Shown one piece after another: positions 19,020 to 29,427 of a DNA stretch of 64,000 bases (position 1 is its first letter; each line of letters starts with the position of its first letter). This stretch comes from an uncultured Anaerolineae bacterium (GTDB lineage: Bacteria > Chloroflexota > Anaerolineae > Anaerolineales > Villigracilaceae). The notes below the pieces were generated by a model. The model saw only the letters and a program-made list of their open reading frames with translations, was not told the DNA's origin and did no database searches. The position numbers were made by a program, and so were the translations under genes. The stretch spans positions 40-64,039 of the forward strand of contig CAIMZS010000460.1 in assembly GCA_903846015.1 (NCBI GenBank), given 5' to 3'.

Positions 19020-19997
19020 CTATTCGCCGCCCGGCTTGTTTTGAAGCACGGCCTCGATCTGTTCCATCACATCAACGGTGAGTTTGGCAGATACATCCAG
19101 CGCCATCATATTTTCGCGAACCTGAGAAACACGGCTTGCCCCAGTGATCACGGTGCTGACATTCGAATTTTTCAGACACCAGGCAATCGCCAATTGAGCC
19201 ACGTTACAACCCAGGTCAGCAGCCATGACTTGAAGCGCTTTGACCTTTGCGAGACCATCAGGGTTGGTCAGACGTGGAAGCAGCCATTCGTAACCCTTAA
19301 GCGTGCCGCGGCTGTCGGCCGGGATACCATCATTATATTTTCCGGTCAACAGACCGGAAGCAAGCGGCGACCAAATGGTAGAACCATAACCATAATCCTT
19401 GAACAGGCGCGCATATTCCTTTTCGAAACGTTCACGCGTAAGCATGTTGTACTGCGGCTGTTCCATGACAGGTTTGTGCAGATGGTGGCGCTCGGCAATC
19501 TCAATCGCCGCAACGATATCCGCAGCCGGCCATTCGGATGTACCCCAATAAAGAGCCTTGCCCCTTTCAATAATATTGTGCATCGCCCAAACGGTTTCCT
19601 CAATGGGCGTAGTGGGGTCTGCCCGATGGCAAAACACCAGATCCACGTATTCCATATCTAAGCGCTTGAGTGAACCATCCATGGCTTCCAGCAAATGCTT
19701 TCGATTAAGGGTGTTTTTTTCATTAACGCTATCGTTCAACCCCCAAAAAAACTTGGTCGAAATAATATAGCTTGAGCGGCGCCAACCTAATTTCTTAAGG
19801 GCCAGACCCATCACTTCTTCAGACTTGCCATTGGCATATACTTCAGCATTATCAAAAAAATTTACACCGGAGTCGTAAGCGGCAGACATGCATTCCATCG
19901 CCAAATCAACATCGACTTGATTAAAAAACGTAACCCAAGATCCAAGCGAAAGTTCACTCACTCGCAGCCCGGATCGGCCCAGATGGCGGTAATTCAT
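19020..19997 (-). CDS. Aldo/keto reductase (Kv-beta-like subfamily)
   Basis: [21 protein letters not shown], the DNAEVYANG catalytic context and [13 protein letters not shown]. The start at 19997 has a GGAG Shine-Dalgarno sequence. The longer ORF extends to 20012. Confidence 0.9.
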   Translation of the reverse strand: MNYRHLGRSGLRVSELSLGSWVTFFNQVDVDLAMECMSAAYDSGVNFFDNAEVYANGKSEEVMGLALKKLGWRRSSYIISTKFFWGLNDSVNEKNTLNRKHLLEAMDGSLKRLDMEYVDLVFCHRADPTTPIEETVWAMHNIIERGKALYWGTSEWPAADIVAAIEIAERHHLHKPVMEQPQYNMLTRERFEKEYARLFKDYGYGSTIWSPLASGLLTGKYNDGIPADSRGTLKGYEWLLPRLTNPDGLAKVKALQVMAADLGCNVAQLAIAWCLKNSNVSTVITGASRVSQVRENMMALDVSAKLTVDVMEQIEAVLQNKPGGE

Positions 19998-20090
19998 AGT
20001 GGTTATCTCCATAGTGTACAGAATATTAAAATGTTGGCAGCCAAACCTTCGTTCACCAAGCTTTTGATCTCACCTGGTAACTATATCAAA

Positions 20091-20660
20091 TTACTCGTGA
20101 AATTCTTCCACCTGGTAAATCTCCACTCCAAGGTGCTTTTGTCGCCAAATATTGGGGGCTGCACCCATTTTAGCGCACAGATGACTGAGAAATTCGGCTT
20201 TTTCAGGGATCTGCTCCCATACCTGCGGTAAAAAAGTGGCCCGGCTGGAACCGTTTCGCAGGATGACGCCATCGATTCTGGGACGCAGCCTGGCGAGCAA
20301 ATCGTTTTGATCGGAATACTCCAGTTTCTCGGGTTTGCTCAACCGCGAGACTTCAACCAGGATGCGCGTCAATTCAACCGGTCGAACCGGTGGAAACCGG
20401 TAATCCTGCAAAGCAGCCGCAATGGCGTGTTCGCGGACATCTTCGTAAAGCGCCTGGTACGGCTGCAGCGCGCCAATACAACCACGCAGCTGCCCGCGAA
20501 TGGTCAGTGTCACAAATGAAGCCCCTTCAGCTAGCAAGATAGGCGTTAGCTTGGTTCCATCAGGGGCTGGAAGTTCCACATTACGCACGCTGCACTCAAG
20601 CGCTTCACGTGCCAGGTATAAAAGAGTCCGTTTTTCATCAGGCGAAAGAACGTCGCTCAT
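20091..20660 (-). CDS. AMMECR1-domain protein (AmmeMemoRadiSam system protein A-like)
   Basis: From the internal ATG: MSDVLSPDEKRTLLYLAREALE, GASFVTLTIRGQLRGCIG and ATFLPQVWE. Confidence 0.8.
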   Translation of the reverse strand: MSDVLSPDEKRTLLYLAREALECSVRNVELPAPDGTKLTPILLAEGASFVTLTIRGQLRGCIGALQPYQALYEDVREHAIAAALQDYRFPPVRPVELTRILVEVSRLSKPEKLEYSDQNDLLARLRPRIDGVILRNGSSRATFLPQVWEQIPEKAEFLSHLCAKMGAAPNIWRQKHLGVEIYQVEEFHE

Positions 20661-20686
20661 TTTATTTTCCTTGTTTGCAAGTAAAC

Positions 20687-21175
20687 TCAGGCTGCTGTAA
20701 TCTTCTGATAACCTCGATTGAAATACAGCAAGGGATCGCCATCCTCGCTGGATTGAGCAGAGAGAACTTCGGCGATAAAGATGGTGTGGGTGCCCGAGCC
20801 AATCGTGGTAACCACGCGGCAATCGAGTTGGGCCAACCCTTGCTTAATCAGCGGAACGTTGCTGACCAGGTTGATGGTCTCTACACCGCTCAAACGGTCC
20901 ATCTCATCCGGTACCCTTCCCGCAAACCGATCTGAGAGTTCCACCTGGCTTGAATTGAGGATGCTGATGCCAAAATTTCGCGAACGCATAATCAAATCGT
21001 GCGTTCGCGCAGTCTGTGCAAGCGAAATCAGCACTTGTGGGGGTGTTAATGATACCGATGTAAAAGAACTTACCGTCATGCCATGCTGAACACCATCGTG
21101 CGCAGCTGTAACAACGGTAACACCTGTGGCCCAAAACCGCATGGCCTGGCGCAGTAATTCGGACTCGACTGTCAT
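20687..21175 (-). CDS. Flavin reductase-like FMN-binding protein
   Basis: AMRFWATGVTVVTA and HGMTVSSFTSVSLTPPQVLISL. The start at 21175 is preceded by GGAGAA. Confidence 0.8.
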   Translation of the reverse strand: MTVESELLRQAMRFWATGVTVVTAAHDGVQHGMTVSSFTSVSLTPPQVLISLAQTARTHDLIMRSRNFGISILNSSQVELSDRFAGRVPDEMDRLSGVETINLVSNVPLIKQGLAQLDCRVVTTIGSGTHTIFIAEVLSAQSSEDGDPLLYFNRGYQKITAA

Positions 21176-21534
21176 TTCGTTCTCCAGAGTTTTTTTTATC
21201 ATACTTCCAGCCGGAAAAGACGTCAAGACAAATCCTGGATTTGATATTAGCGCCTGTGCTGTTTAAGGAGCGCACCTGTCATTATGAAATTGCTTAGCCG
21301 GTGGTCTCACAACCCCTATTTTGCGCCAAACGAACCAGGTTCCCTTAATAAAAGCCCTTCTTTGCGATACCTGGCGGCTTTTGCGTGAGTCCGAGTTTGT
21401 ATACCTATTTCTTGACGAATACAATTTATTCAAAATTCCGGCAAATTCTTCTCCAAAAATGAGATACGATTGTCCTGTGCTTCAGAATTGTTTGCCTACA
21501 AGAAAGATACAAGGTAGTATATAATAGGTTCATT

Positions 21535-22323
21535 ATGGATTCTGCTTCACAAACTCCACCTTCCGAGCCGGCTCCCCGTCCTCAAACGCGACGAAAGTCC
21601 AAATCACCTCGCATTTTGCAGAGTGCCTTAGGCGCAGCTATCCTGGTTGCAACACTATTTATAGCATTTGCCCCAAATACGCTCTCAGGAAACTTAAACG
21701 ACCAGTTGGTCGCCCTATTAACAACCCAACCTGATGCTGTAGCCGTTCTGCCTGGTACGCCCCGTCCCCAAATCAAAATCGGCATTGTAGCAGGTCACTG
21801 GGGTAACGATTCCGGAGCGGTGTGCGACAATGGCACCACCGAACAAGAAGTAAATCTAAAAATCGCCACCCTCGTCCAGCAGAAACTGGGGGCATTGGGC
21901 TTCGACCCTATTTTACTGAAAGAATTCGACACACGCCTCTCCGGCTTTCGCGCTGCAGTATTGGTATCAATCCACAACGACTCTTGCAAATTCGTCAATG
22001 ACCAGGCCACTGGCTTTAAGGTGGCTGCCGCAATGAGTTCGCGCGATACCAACCTGGCTAATCGGCTAGCAGGCTGTCTACGTAATCGCTATCAACAAAT
22101 CACCAAGATGTCACCGCATAATAGTGTTACAAACGACATGACCTTGTACCATGCCTTTAGTGAAATCGACCCGAATACAACCGCCGCCATTATTGAGACT
22201 GGCTTTTTGAAGCTGGATTATGAAATATTGACAAACAACACCGAACTTGTTGCCACTGGTGTAACAAACGGAATCGTATGCTTTATTAATAACGAAAATC
22301 TTGAACCAACACCCACCCCTTAG
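21535..22323 (+). CDS. N-acetylmuramoyl-L-alanine amidase (Amidase_3)
   Basis: An N-terminal anchor, then IVAGHWGNDSGAVC, VLVSIHNDS and ETGFL motifs. Confidence 0.85.
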   Translation: MDSASQTPPSEPAPRPQTRRKSKSPRILQSALGAAILVATLFIAFAPNTLSGNLNDQLVALLTTQPDAVAVLPGTPRPQIKIGIVAGHWGNDSGAVCDNGTTEQEVNLKIATLVQQKLGALGFDPILLKEFDTRLSGFRAAVLVSIHNDSCKFVNDQATGFKVAAAMSSRDTNLANRLAGCLRNRYQQITKMSPHNSVTNDMTLYHAFSEIDPNTTAAIIETGFLKLDYEILTNNTELVATGVTNGIVCFINNENLEPTPTP

Positions 22324-22344
22324 TCAGGCCAAAACAGGTATCCT

Positions 22345-23937
22345 ATGAACCCGAACCAAACTGCCGCATTTAAAACCCTGGAACAAGCTCAGCAAGCTTT
22401 AAAAAGTGGAGATAAGAATGCATCCCGCCAGCTTGCGGCACATGCTGTTCAGCTTGCCCCGGAATTGGAAGAGGTTTGGTTGTTAATGGCAGCGCTGGCC
22501 ACCCCACAAGATAGTATAGCCCTTCTCCAGAAAGCTTTGCAGATTAACCCACAAAGCGAACGCGCCGTTAAGGGTTTGGCCTGGGCAAAAAAGCGCATAT
22601 CCCAGGAAACGCAAATCGGCATGACGGCACCAAACATTCCTCTGCATCCGGTAACGCCAGAAGAAATAAGCGCTCCACCGATTAGGAACGCTCCGGAACC
22701 GCAAATCGGCATGATGGCATCAGACATTCCTCTGCATCCGGTAACGCCAGAAGAAATAAGCGCTCCGCCGATTAGGAACACTCCGGAACCGCGACAGATT
22801 ACCCAGAATTTGGTTATCAGTCCTGCAGAACCCGGGCCTGTCAAACTTCCTGGTTCGATCACCCAACCTCACAAGATATCATCCACTGAACATGAGCCGG
22901 CCACTACCCTTGCCGATGCACCCAAAACTCCTCGCAGCAAAGATTCTTTTGTTCTTCCGCGTTATTCCTACGTGGCCCTGCTGGGTGTTTTTATCTGCCT
23001 GGTAATTGCATGGTTGGCATGGCAAGGCGTGCAGCCAGCTGCGGCTTTCTTCAGCAGCCACCCATTTACCGGTCAGGAACATGGGCCAGCCTGGGCGCCG
23101 GTAAGCATCGTCAAACCAGCACCTCCACTTAATACAAATGAGATCATTGCAGACCCAACCGCCACGAATATTACCCCTGCAGATCTGGCGCCCACTGCTC
23201 TTGCGCCCTCGGTTGACCCTTCAACCCTGACTGAAACCCCGGCACCAGCAGCAGTCGTTCTTTCAACTGATATACCGGTTGTTATGACAGCAACCCAGCA
23301 GATTGCCGCCATTCTCCCCACAAACACACAGATCGTCGTCACGGCAACACCACAACCAACGGCCATCCCGCCCACATCCGTACCGGCTCCGACTCTCCCG
23401 GCTCCAACCATTCCAGTGCCAACCGATCCTCCATTACCCACTGCCACTACGATAGCAACATTGGCAGTGAGCACACTCGTAGTCGATGCAGCTGCATCAC
23501 CCACCCCACTACCCACCGATACTGGCGGGCCGTTCGCCACTCCCCTGCCACCGGGTAACAGCGGGGTAGTCAGTTCCGCTGGCAGCGGACACTGGATCGA
23601 TGTAGATCTGACAAACCAGATGGTATACGCCTATGATGGCAATAACATTGTAAATTCATTCCTGGTGTCCACCGGGACATGGGCGCATCCCACCGTCACT
23701 GGTCAGTACCATGTATACGTCAAATATCGCTACACAGATATGTCCGGCCCCGGCTATTACCTGCCCAACGTGCCCTTTACCATGTATTTTTACCAGGGAT
23801 ACGCACTTCACGGCACATACTGGCACAGCAACTTCGGCACCCCCATGAGTCATGGATGCGTCAACTTGAGCATACCCGATTCCGAATGGGTCTACAATTT
23901 TTCATCGGTGGGGACACTGGTCAATGTGCATTATTAA
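22345..23937 (+). CDS. TPR / Pro-Thr-rich linker / L,D-transpeptidase (YkuD) protein
   Basis: The N-terminus is TPR-like. An internal 30-aa tandem duplication follows, then a TM segment and a long P/T/A-rich linker. The C-terminal YkuD catalytic context is HGTYWHSNFGTPMSHGCVNL. Confidence 0.85.
   Translation: MNPNQTAAFKTLEQAQQALKSGDKNASRQLAAHAVQLAPELEEVWLLMAALATPQDSIALLQKALQINPQSERAVKGLAWAKKRISQETQIGMTAPNIPLHPVTPEEISAPPIRNAPEPQIGMMASDIPLHPVTPEEISAPPIRNTPEPRQITQNLVISPAEPGPVKLPGSITQPHKISSTEHEPATTLADAPKTPRSKDSFVLPRYSYVALLGVFICLVIAWLAWQGVQPAAAFFSSHPFTGQEHGPAWAPVSIVKPAPPLNTNEIIADPTATNITPADLAPTALAPSVDPSTLTETPAPAAVVLSTDIPVVMTATQQIAAILPTNTQIVVTATPQPTAIPPTSVPAPTLPAPTIPVPTDPPLPTATTIATLAVSTLVVDAAASPTPLPTDTGGPFATPLPPGNSGVVSSAGSGHWIDVDLTNQMVYAYDGNNIVNSFLVSTGTWAHPTVTGQYHVYVKYRYTDMSGPGYYLPNVPFTMYFYQGYALHGTYWHSNFGTPMSHGCVNLSIPDSEWVYNFSSVGTLVNVHY
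22611..22790 (+). repeat. 2 x 90-bp near-identical in-frame tandem duplication inside the L,D-transpeptidase gene
   Basis: Unit 22611-22700 and unit 22701-22790 differ at about 6 positions. They encode QIGMTAPNIPLHPVTPEEISAPPIRNAPEP and QIGMMASDIPLHPVTPEEISAPPIRNTPEP. Confidence 0.9.
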
Positions 23938-23984
23938 ATATTGGCCCGCCTCTTCTCCGGTCAATTTCGCAAGCTGGTAGGAAA

Positions 23985-24413
23985 ATGTCACCTAAAGCAC
24001 TCTTCCCAGGTCTGGTTTTTGATGAATACGATCACCCCCTTACCGTTGGATATATAGGCGCAGACCCGGCCTATATCATTGACGACGCCGGATTTCACCG
24101 CTACATCCCTGCAGAACAAATCGATCGTTTCATCCTGAATGAAATGAAAAAACTTATCCAGGGTAATGAGGGCTTTCTAAGCGAACAAGCGGCCAAGATG
24201 TTGGGAACTGATGATTTATTCAGTAAAGCAATGATCCAAAACCAATTGAAGAATATCGACAAGCAATTTGACATGCTATTTGAGGTTGGCATTCCAGAGG
24301 AAATGCGCGCTTATCTTGGCATGTCCGGATTCAAAGTCACCGTGGATTATCACGGGCAGGTACTGGACGTGCGCCAGGGCGGCGGAATCAGTGGAGACGG
24401 TGACGGAGAATAG
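23985..24413 (+). CDS. Hypothetical protein (142 aa)
   Basis: The ATG at 23985 follows an AGGAAA Shine-Dalgarno-like sequence. The longer ORF from 23679 overlaps the end of the transpeptidase gene. I recognised no motif. Confidence 0.5.
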   Translation: MSPKALFPGLVFDEYDHPLTVGYIGADPAYIIDDAGFHRYIPAEQIDRFILNEMKKLIQGNEGFLSEQAAKMLGTDDLFSKAMIQNQLKNIDKQFDMLFEVGIPEEMRAYLGMSGFKVTVDYHGQVLDVRQGGGISGDGDGE

Positions 24414-24467
24414 GGGCGACCATCTCGGCTCGATCGTCAAAATTGGATTTATTATTCTAGCGGCTTT

Positions 24468-26381
24468 TTAAGATGCAGGCAGGACAACAACAAACTTGGA
24501 TCCAACCCCGAGCGTTGATTCAACCCAGATCCGACCCGCATGGTTTTCAACAATAGACTTGACGATAGCCAGCCCCAGACCAGTGCCCGGCGTGTCTTTT
24601 GGGGCATTTTCTGCACGATAAAACTTCTCGAAAATATGCAATTGATCAGCCTGCGGAATACCAATCCCTGTATCTGCCACCTCAAATATGATTTGTTCGG
24701 CCTCGCTGCGCAGAATGACATCGATCCGGCCCTTGACCGGGGTGTATTTTATGGCATTGACCAATAAATTATCCATCATCTGACGCAAGCGAATCGGATT
24801 GCCTCGCAAAACCGGCAAATCAGGTGAGATTGTAAGCTGCAGATTTTGATGCTTATCTGTTATCTGGCGGCCCAAATTATCAAGCGTGAAGCGCAAGATA
24901 GTTTCGATGAATACTTCATCCTTGCGAGTATCAAAACCGGCCTCAATACGCCCCAGGTCTAGCAAATCATTAATCAGCGCCGTGATATTCTGGGCGCTGC
25001 TTTGGACATGCCGGACAAATTCCTTCTGCTGATCATTAAGCGGGCCAACCCGGTCGAGCAGCTCAACATAACCCATGATGGCAGTCAGTGGAGAGCGCAG
25101 ATCGTGCGAAATGGTATGAATGAAATCACTCTTCAGCCTGTCGAGCATCTTTAAGTGAGTGATATCCTCCAGGGTAATAACTGATCCAATCGCTTTTATA
25201 GGAATGTATTGCGAATTGAAAACACGCCCATCTTCAAAGGCGATCTCATGAAATTTGAGCGGACTATCCGTGATGGATCCCAATAAACCAGTAAAATCAT
25301 GATGCGAAATGGCTTCTAAAACAGGCATACCGATTAATTCGGATATGCCCAGGCCAAAGGTTTTTCTTGCAGCCGGGTTGATTAATAAGATGTGATTCGA
25401 CTTATCCAACAGGATGACGCCATCTTGAATGTCGTTAATGACTGTTTCAAACTTGGCGCGCTCATGCTCAGATTCATCATACAACTGCGCATTTTGAATT
25501 GCAATCGCAGCAAAATCAGCCAATACCCGCATCACCAGTTCATGATGGGGGGCAAATGGAAGTTTTGCGAGACGATTGTCCACCCCCAACACACCAATTA
25601 CACGACCATTGTTGTGCAACGGCACGTAGATAAGTGAATATACCAGATAAGCTGTTTTGATCTTATTAGGCGCATCCCGACAAAAAGAGATTGCCTCCCC
25701 TGTACTCATCACCTGGCCTGCAAGAGTATCCTTGACCGGCAGCCGAAAAGTTCGTGCGAATTTTTCATCAAAATTCCTGCTGGCGCGCATATACAATTCA
25801 TCGGTGCTTTCATCCAATAAAAGCAGTTGCCCCTCTTCCGCGTTGGTCAATTCAACAGCGGCTGTTACTACATTGCTAAGCACACTATCGAGATTAAGTG
25901 ATGCAGTAATCGAACGGCTTAAGGTTACCAGCGTTTCCATCTCATGAATACGCTCCTCCAGCGATGAGGTCGTACGGCGTACCTCACGGCGCACCCAGTC
26001 ACCCATTTGGGCTGCGCGTTTCTGACTTTGCTGGATGGCACGACCAATTTCATCAATTTTCAGCGGGGGGAAAATACAATCGCTCAGACCAGAGCGCAAG
26101 CACTCCAGGACAAGTTTCGGATCATGGTTAACAGCATAAAGAATAACGGGCAGGGTTGGAAAACGACCAAGCACCAGCCTGGCTTGATCCAGTCCGCTTT
26201 TATCCCCTAATTTCTCAGCAATAACCAGCAAGGTGGGAACCGTTTCTTGCAGCGTATTTTCAAGCGCAGACAAGCTCTTCGCAATAGCCAGGTCATAACC
26301 AGCCGCATGCAAGGCCCTTTCAAAAAGGTCAAGCGTGGGGGACTGCTCCATAGCTAATAGAATGAGATCTGGTTTGGGCAT
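24468..26381 (-). CDS. Hybrid-type sensor histidine kinase (receiver-like N-terminus, GAF, PAS, HisKA, HATPase_c)
   Basis: H-box HTISHDLRSPLTAIMGY, N-box LLVNAIKYT, G1 DTGIGI and G2 GTGLGLAIV. Confidence 0.9.
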   Translation of the reverse strand: MPKPDLILLAMEQSPTLDLFERALHAAGYDLAIAKSLSALENTLQETVPTLLVIAEKLGDKSGLDQARLVLGRFPTLPVILYAVNHDPKLVLECLRSGLSDCIFPPLKIDEIGRAIQQSQKRAAQMGDWVRREVRRTTSSLEERIHEMETLVTLSRSITASLNLDSVLSNVVTAAVELTNAEEGQLLLLDESTDELYMRASRNFDEKFARTFRLPVKDTLAGQVMSTGEAISFCRDAPNKIKTAYLVYSLIYVPLHNNGRVIGVLGVDNRLAKLPFAPHHELVMRVLADFAAIAIQNAQLYDESEHERAKFETVINDIQDGVILLDKSNHILLINPAARKTFGLGISELIGMPVLEAISHHDFTGLLGSITDSPLKFHEIAFEDGRVFNSQYIPIKAIGSVITLEDITHLKMLDRLKSDFIHTISHDLRSPLTAIMGYVELLDRVGPLNDQQKEFVRHVQSSAQNITALINDLLDLGRIEAGFDTRKDEVFIETILRFTLDNLGRQITDKHQNLQLTISPDLPVLRGNPIRLRQMMDNLLVNAIKYTPVKGRIDVILRSEAEQIIFEVADTGIGIPQADQLHIFEKFYRAENAPKDTPGTGLGLAIVKSIVENHAGRIWVESTLGVGSKFVVVLPAS

Positions 26382-26400
26382 TATCCCATTTTACCTTATG

Positions 26401-27561
26401 CTACGACTTGAGCGAGGTATTTTGCTGACTGACCCGCGATAATAAACGCTTCATTGCGCTCTGAGTTGTGACAAGTGCATGCTTCTGCTCAGAAGTTAAA
26501 GGCCCCATTTTTTCAGTTAATACGAGATCAAGTGGATACAATGCGGTAGTCAGACCAGATTGGGTTTCCTCGCTAATACTTTGAAGAAGCGCATTCTTTT
26601 GTTTTACCCCAGCCTGGGCAGACTCTGCGTTTTGCGCAAGCGCGCGAAACAAGCGCGCATTGACCATTGAAATGGATGCATAATCGGCAATGGCTGCAGA
26701 CAAAGTGTTCTCACTTTCGCCAAAGGGTTTTTCAGATTTACGAACAACGGTAAGCAAGCCAATAGCCTCATTTTGGACTTTGACCGGCACAACCATCGCC
26801 GACCTGCCAAGTGCCGCAATTTTAAACTTTTGCAGCGACTGTCCGTGAATACTGAGCGTTTCAGCCGATAAGGCCACCAATTGGCCAAGACCATCATCCA
26901 GGGGCTGACCTATTTTTCTTGCCCAGACTTCGGGCAAGTTACGGTGTGCCGCCAGCACAAAAGTTCCGCTGCGATCATCCTTAAGCGTCAGCCATCCGAA
27001 ATCGGCTTCGGTAACCAATGTAATGGCTTCAACAATCTTCTCGAACAACACCCGCTGATCCGTAATGGAGATCACAGCCCGCCCCACTGAAAAGATGGTG
27101 CTCAATTCTCGTACCCGGCGCTGTAACTCCATATTGGTTTGCTTAATCTGCACATCCAGCTTTTCACGGGCCCGAGTCTCACGCACATGTTTGAGCGCGC
27201 GCTCAACAGATGAAACCACTTCAGCCTCGCGAATAGGCAGCATCAAATAATCACTGGCACCCAGGCGAAATGCCTGAATAATATGGGATTCCTGACCTTT
27301 TTCGGCCAGTACGATCATGGGAGTGAGGATACCCTGTGATGATAACGCCACCAACAAATCTTTACCGCTCAACCCAGGCAAATTAAGGTTGGCGATCAAC
27401 ACATCTGGTTGGAACTGGATGGCCTGGCGAATAGCGCTTGAGCCATCATTGGCAACAGCTACCTGGTAACCAAAGGGTTTGAGCGCCTGGCGAGCGATCA
27501 AATCACTGATATCTGGGTCGCTTTCAACAACAAGGATTTTTTCAGAAAGGGCAGTTGCCAT
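26401..27561 (-). CDS. Response regulator with a GAF output domain
   Basis: Receiver motifs KILVVESDPD and DVLIANLNLPGLSGKDLL, followed by a coiled coil and a GAF-like region. The start at 27561 gives MATALSEK. Confidence 0.85.
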   Translation of the reverse strand: MATALSEKILVVESDPDISDLIARQALKPFGYQVAVANDGSSAIRQAIQFQPDVLIANLNLPGLSGKDLLVALSSQGILTPMIVLAEKGQESHIIQAFRLGASDYLMLPIREAEVVSSVERALKHVRETRAREKLDVQIKQTNMELQRRVRELSTIFSVGRAVISITDQRVLFEKIVEAITLVTEADFGWLTLKDDRSGTFVLAAHRNLPEVWARKIGQPLDDGLGQLVALSAETLSIHGQSLQKFKIAALGRSAMVVPVKVQNEAIGLLTVVRKSEKPFGESENTLSAAIADYASISMVNARLFRALAQNAESAQAGVKQKNALLQSISEETQSGLTTALYPLDLVLTEKMGPLTSEQKHALVTTQSAMKRLLSRVSQQNTSLKS

Positions 27562-27649
27562 ATAATTTATAATAGCATAATTCCACAATTTTGGCTGTCT
27601 GTATTCTTGCTTTTTTCAGAACCTGGCCCAATTCATCCAAGGAAATGAC

Positions 27650-29278
27650 ATGAACGACAATTTTTGCTGGTGGCGTGATGGCATCATTTACCAGATCTAC
27701 CCGCGTTCGTTTGCTGATTCAAATGGCGATGGAATCGGCGATCTCCAGGGAATCATTTCCAAACTGGGCTACTTAAACGAGTTGGGCATTGATGCCATCT
27801 GGTTTTCACCCTTCTATCCATCGCCAGAAATCGATTTCGGTTACGACATCAGTAATTATTTAGACGTTGATCCACGTTTCGGCACTCTGGCCGATTTTGA
27901 CGAACTTATCACAACTGCGCACACCTTCGGCATTCGCGTAGTGTTGGACATGGTTGCGAACCATACATCCGACCAACATGCCTGGTTTATTGAATCGCGC
28001 TCATCCCGTGAAAACCCGAGGCGCGACTGGTATATCTGGAAAGATGGCGCTGGCAGCGGACGACCGCCAAACAACTGGAAATCGTGTTTTGGGGGCAGCA
28101 GTTGGGAATACGATGCCTGCAGCCGGCAATATTACCTGCATACCTTCGCCACCCAGCAGCCCGATGTAAACTGGCGTAACCCTCAGCTGCGCAAGGCCCT
28201 GCTGGACGTATTTCGATTTTGGCTGGATCGAGGCGCGGACGGATTTCGCCTGGATGTATTCAACGCTTATTTCAAGGATGAGCACTTCCAGAATAACCCG
28301 GGTCAGCTTGGTTTACGCGATTACGACCAGCAGAAACATATCCATGACATGGATCAGCCTGAAATGATACCTCTTTTGCAGGAGCTGCGAACACTGATGG
28401 ATGAGTACCCCGAACGTTATACGGTCGGTGAAATTTTTCTTCCCACACCAGAAAAAACAGTCCACTATACCGGGAACGATCTTTTGCACGCTGCCTTTAG
28501 TTCTGACTTGATTGAATCCGAGTTGATCTTTCCCTGGAGTGCAGGATGGGTCGCGCAAAAGATCAACAAACGTGACAACTTGTTCGATAGCGCGGGAATC
28601 TGGCCAACAACAATGCTGAGCAATCACGATAAGCCGCGCACCGCCAGCCGGTATGTAAAAGGCGAGAACGACGATCAAGCCTTCACCGCTATGGCCGTGC
28701 TGTTGACAGTGCGCGGGACCCCTTTTATTTATTATGGCGAAGAAATTGGCATGCGCAACATTTCACTAAAACGGAATGAGATCATGGACCCACCTGGTCA
28801 AAAATATTGGCCGATTTACCAGGGGCGGGATGGATTCCGCTCACCCATGCAGTGGAGAGATGCCCCATTTGCAAGTTTCTCCACAACAAAACCCTGGCTG
28901 CCAGTACATTCCAACTACCATCAGCGCAATGTTGCCAGCCAGCAAGAAAACCCCCAATCCTTATGGAATTTCACCAGGCAGTTAATCGCCCTACGGCGCG
29001 CATACCCGGCACTCCGCCGCGGAAGTTTTCACATCTTCTTTCGAACAGATACCGGGGTAATGGCGTATGAGCGTAAACTGGATGAACAGCGCATCCTTGT
29101 TTGCATTAACTTCAGCAGCTCTATGCGCCAGGTCGAGTTCATACCGGATGCCGACCCAAAACTGGCTGCCATCCTGATTTCCAGTGCCGGACGAAAGGAT
29201 TTTTATACATCGCACAATCAATTTATGCTCAACCCACACGAGGTTCTACTTCTGGAATTGAAACCGGGGATGGTATGA
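27650..29278 (+). CDS. GH13 alpha-glucosidase / oligo-1,6-glucosidase family
   Basis: WWRDGIIYQIYPRSFADSNGDGIGD, DMVANHTS, GFRLDV, VGEIF and SNHD conserved regions. Confidence 0.9.
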   Translation: MNDNFCWWRDGIIYQIYPRSFADSNGDGIGDLQGIISKLGYLNELGIDAIWFSPFYPSPEIDFGYDISNYLDVDPRFGTLADFDELITTAHTFGIRVVLDMVANHTSDQHAWFIESRSSRENPRRDWYIWKDGAGSGRPPNNWKSCFGGSSWEYDACSRQYYLHTFATQQPDVNWRNPQLRKALLDVFRFWLDRGADGFRLDVFNAYFKDEHFQNNPGQLGLRDYDQQKHIHDMDQPEMIPLLQELRTLMDEYPERYTVGEIFLPTPEKTVHYTGNDLLHAAFSSDLIESELIFPWSAGWVAQKINKRDNLFDSAGIWPTTMLSNHDKPRTASRYVKGENDDQAFTAMAVLLTVRGTPFIYYGEEIGMRNISLKRNEIMDPPGQKYWPIYQGRDGFRSPMQWRDAPFASFSTTKPWLPVHSNYHQRNVASQQENPQSLWNFTRQLIALRRAYPALRRGSFHIFFRTDTGVMAYERKLDEQRILVCINFSSSMRQVEFIPDADPKLAAILISSAGRKDFYTSHNQFMLNPHEVLLLELKPGMV

Positions 29279-29427
29279 AAGCTTTAAAAAATCTTACATC
29301 CCCGAATACCTTATTCCATTCGCGTTGATCCGGCAGACCACATGAATGAGTGAACATGAGCAGCCACAAATTCGCACCCCATCCAGCTCAACCTTTGCAA
29401 TTAATTTTTTCGCGCTATACTTAAATC

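Noticed and set aside
21227-21534. Promoter-like strings (TTGACG...TACAAT, TATATAAT) in the 308-nt spacer upstream of the amidase gene.
   Set aside because: The -35/-10 spacing does not fit (2 nt between TTGACG and TACAAT), and the TATAAT box near 21517 has no convincing -35. The call would be too speculative.
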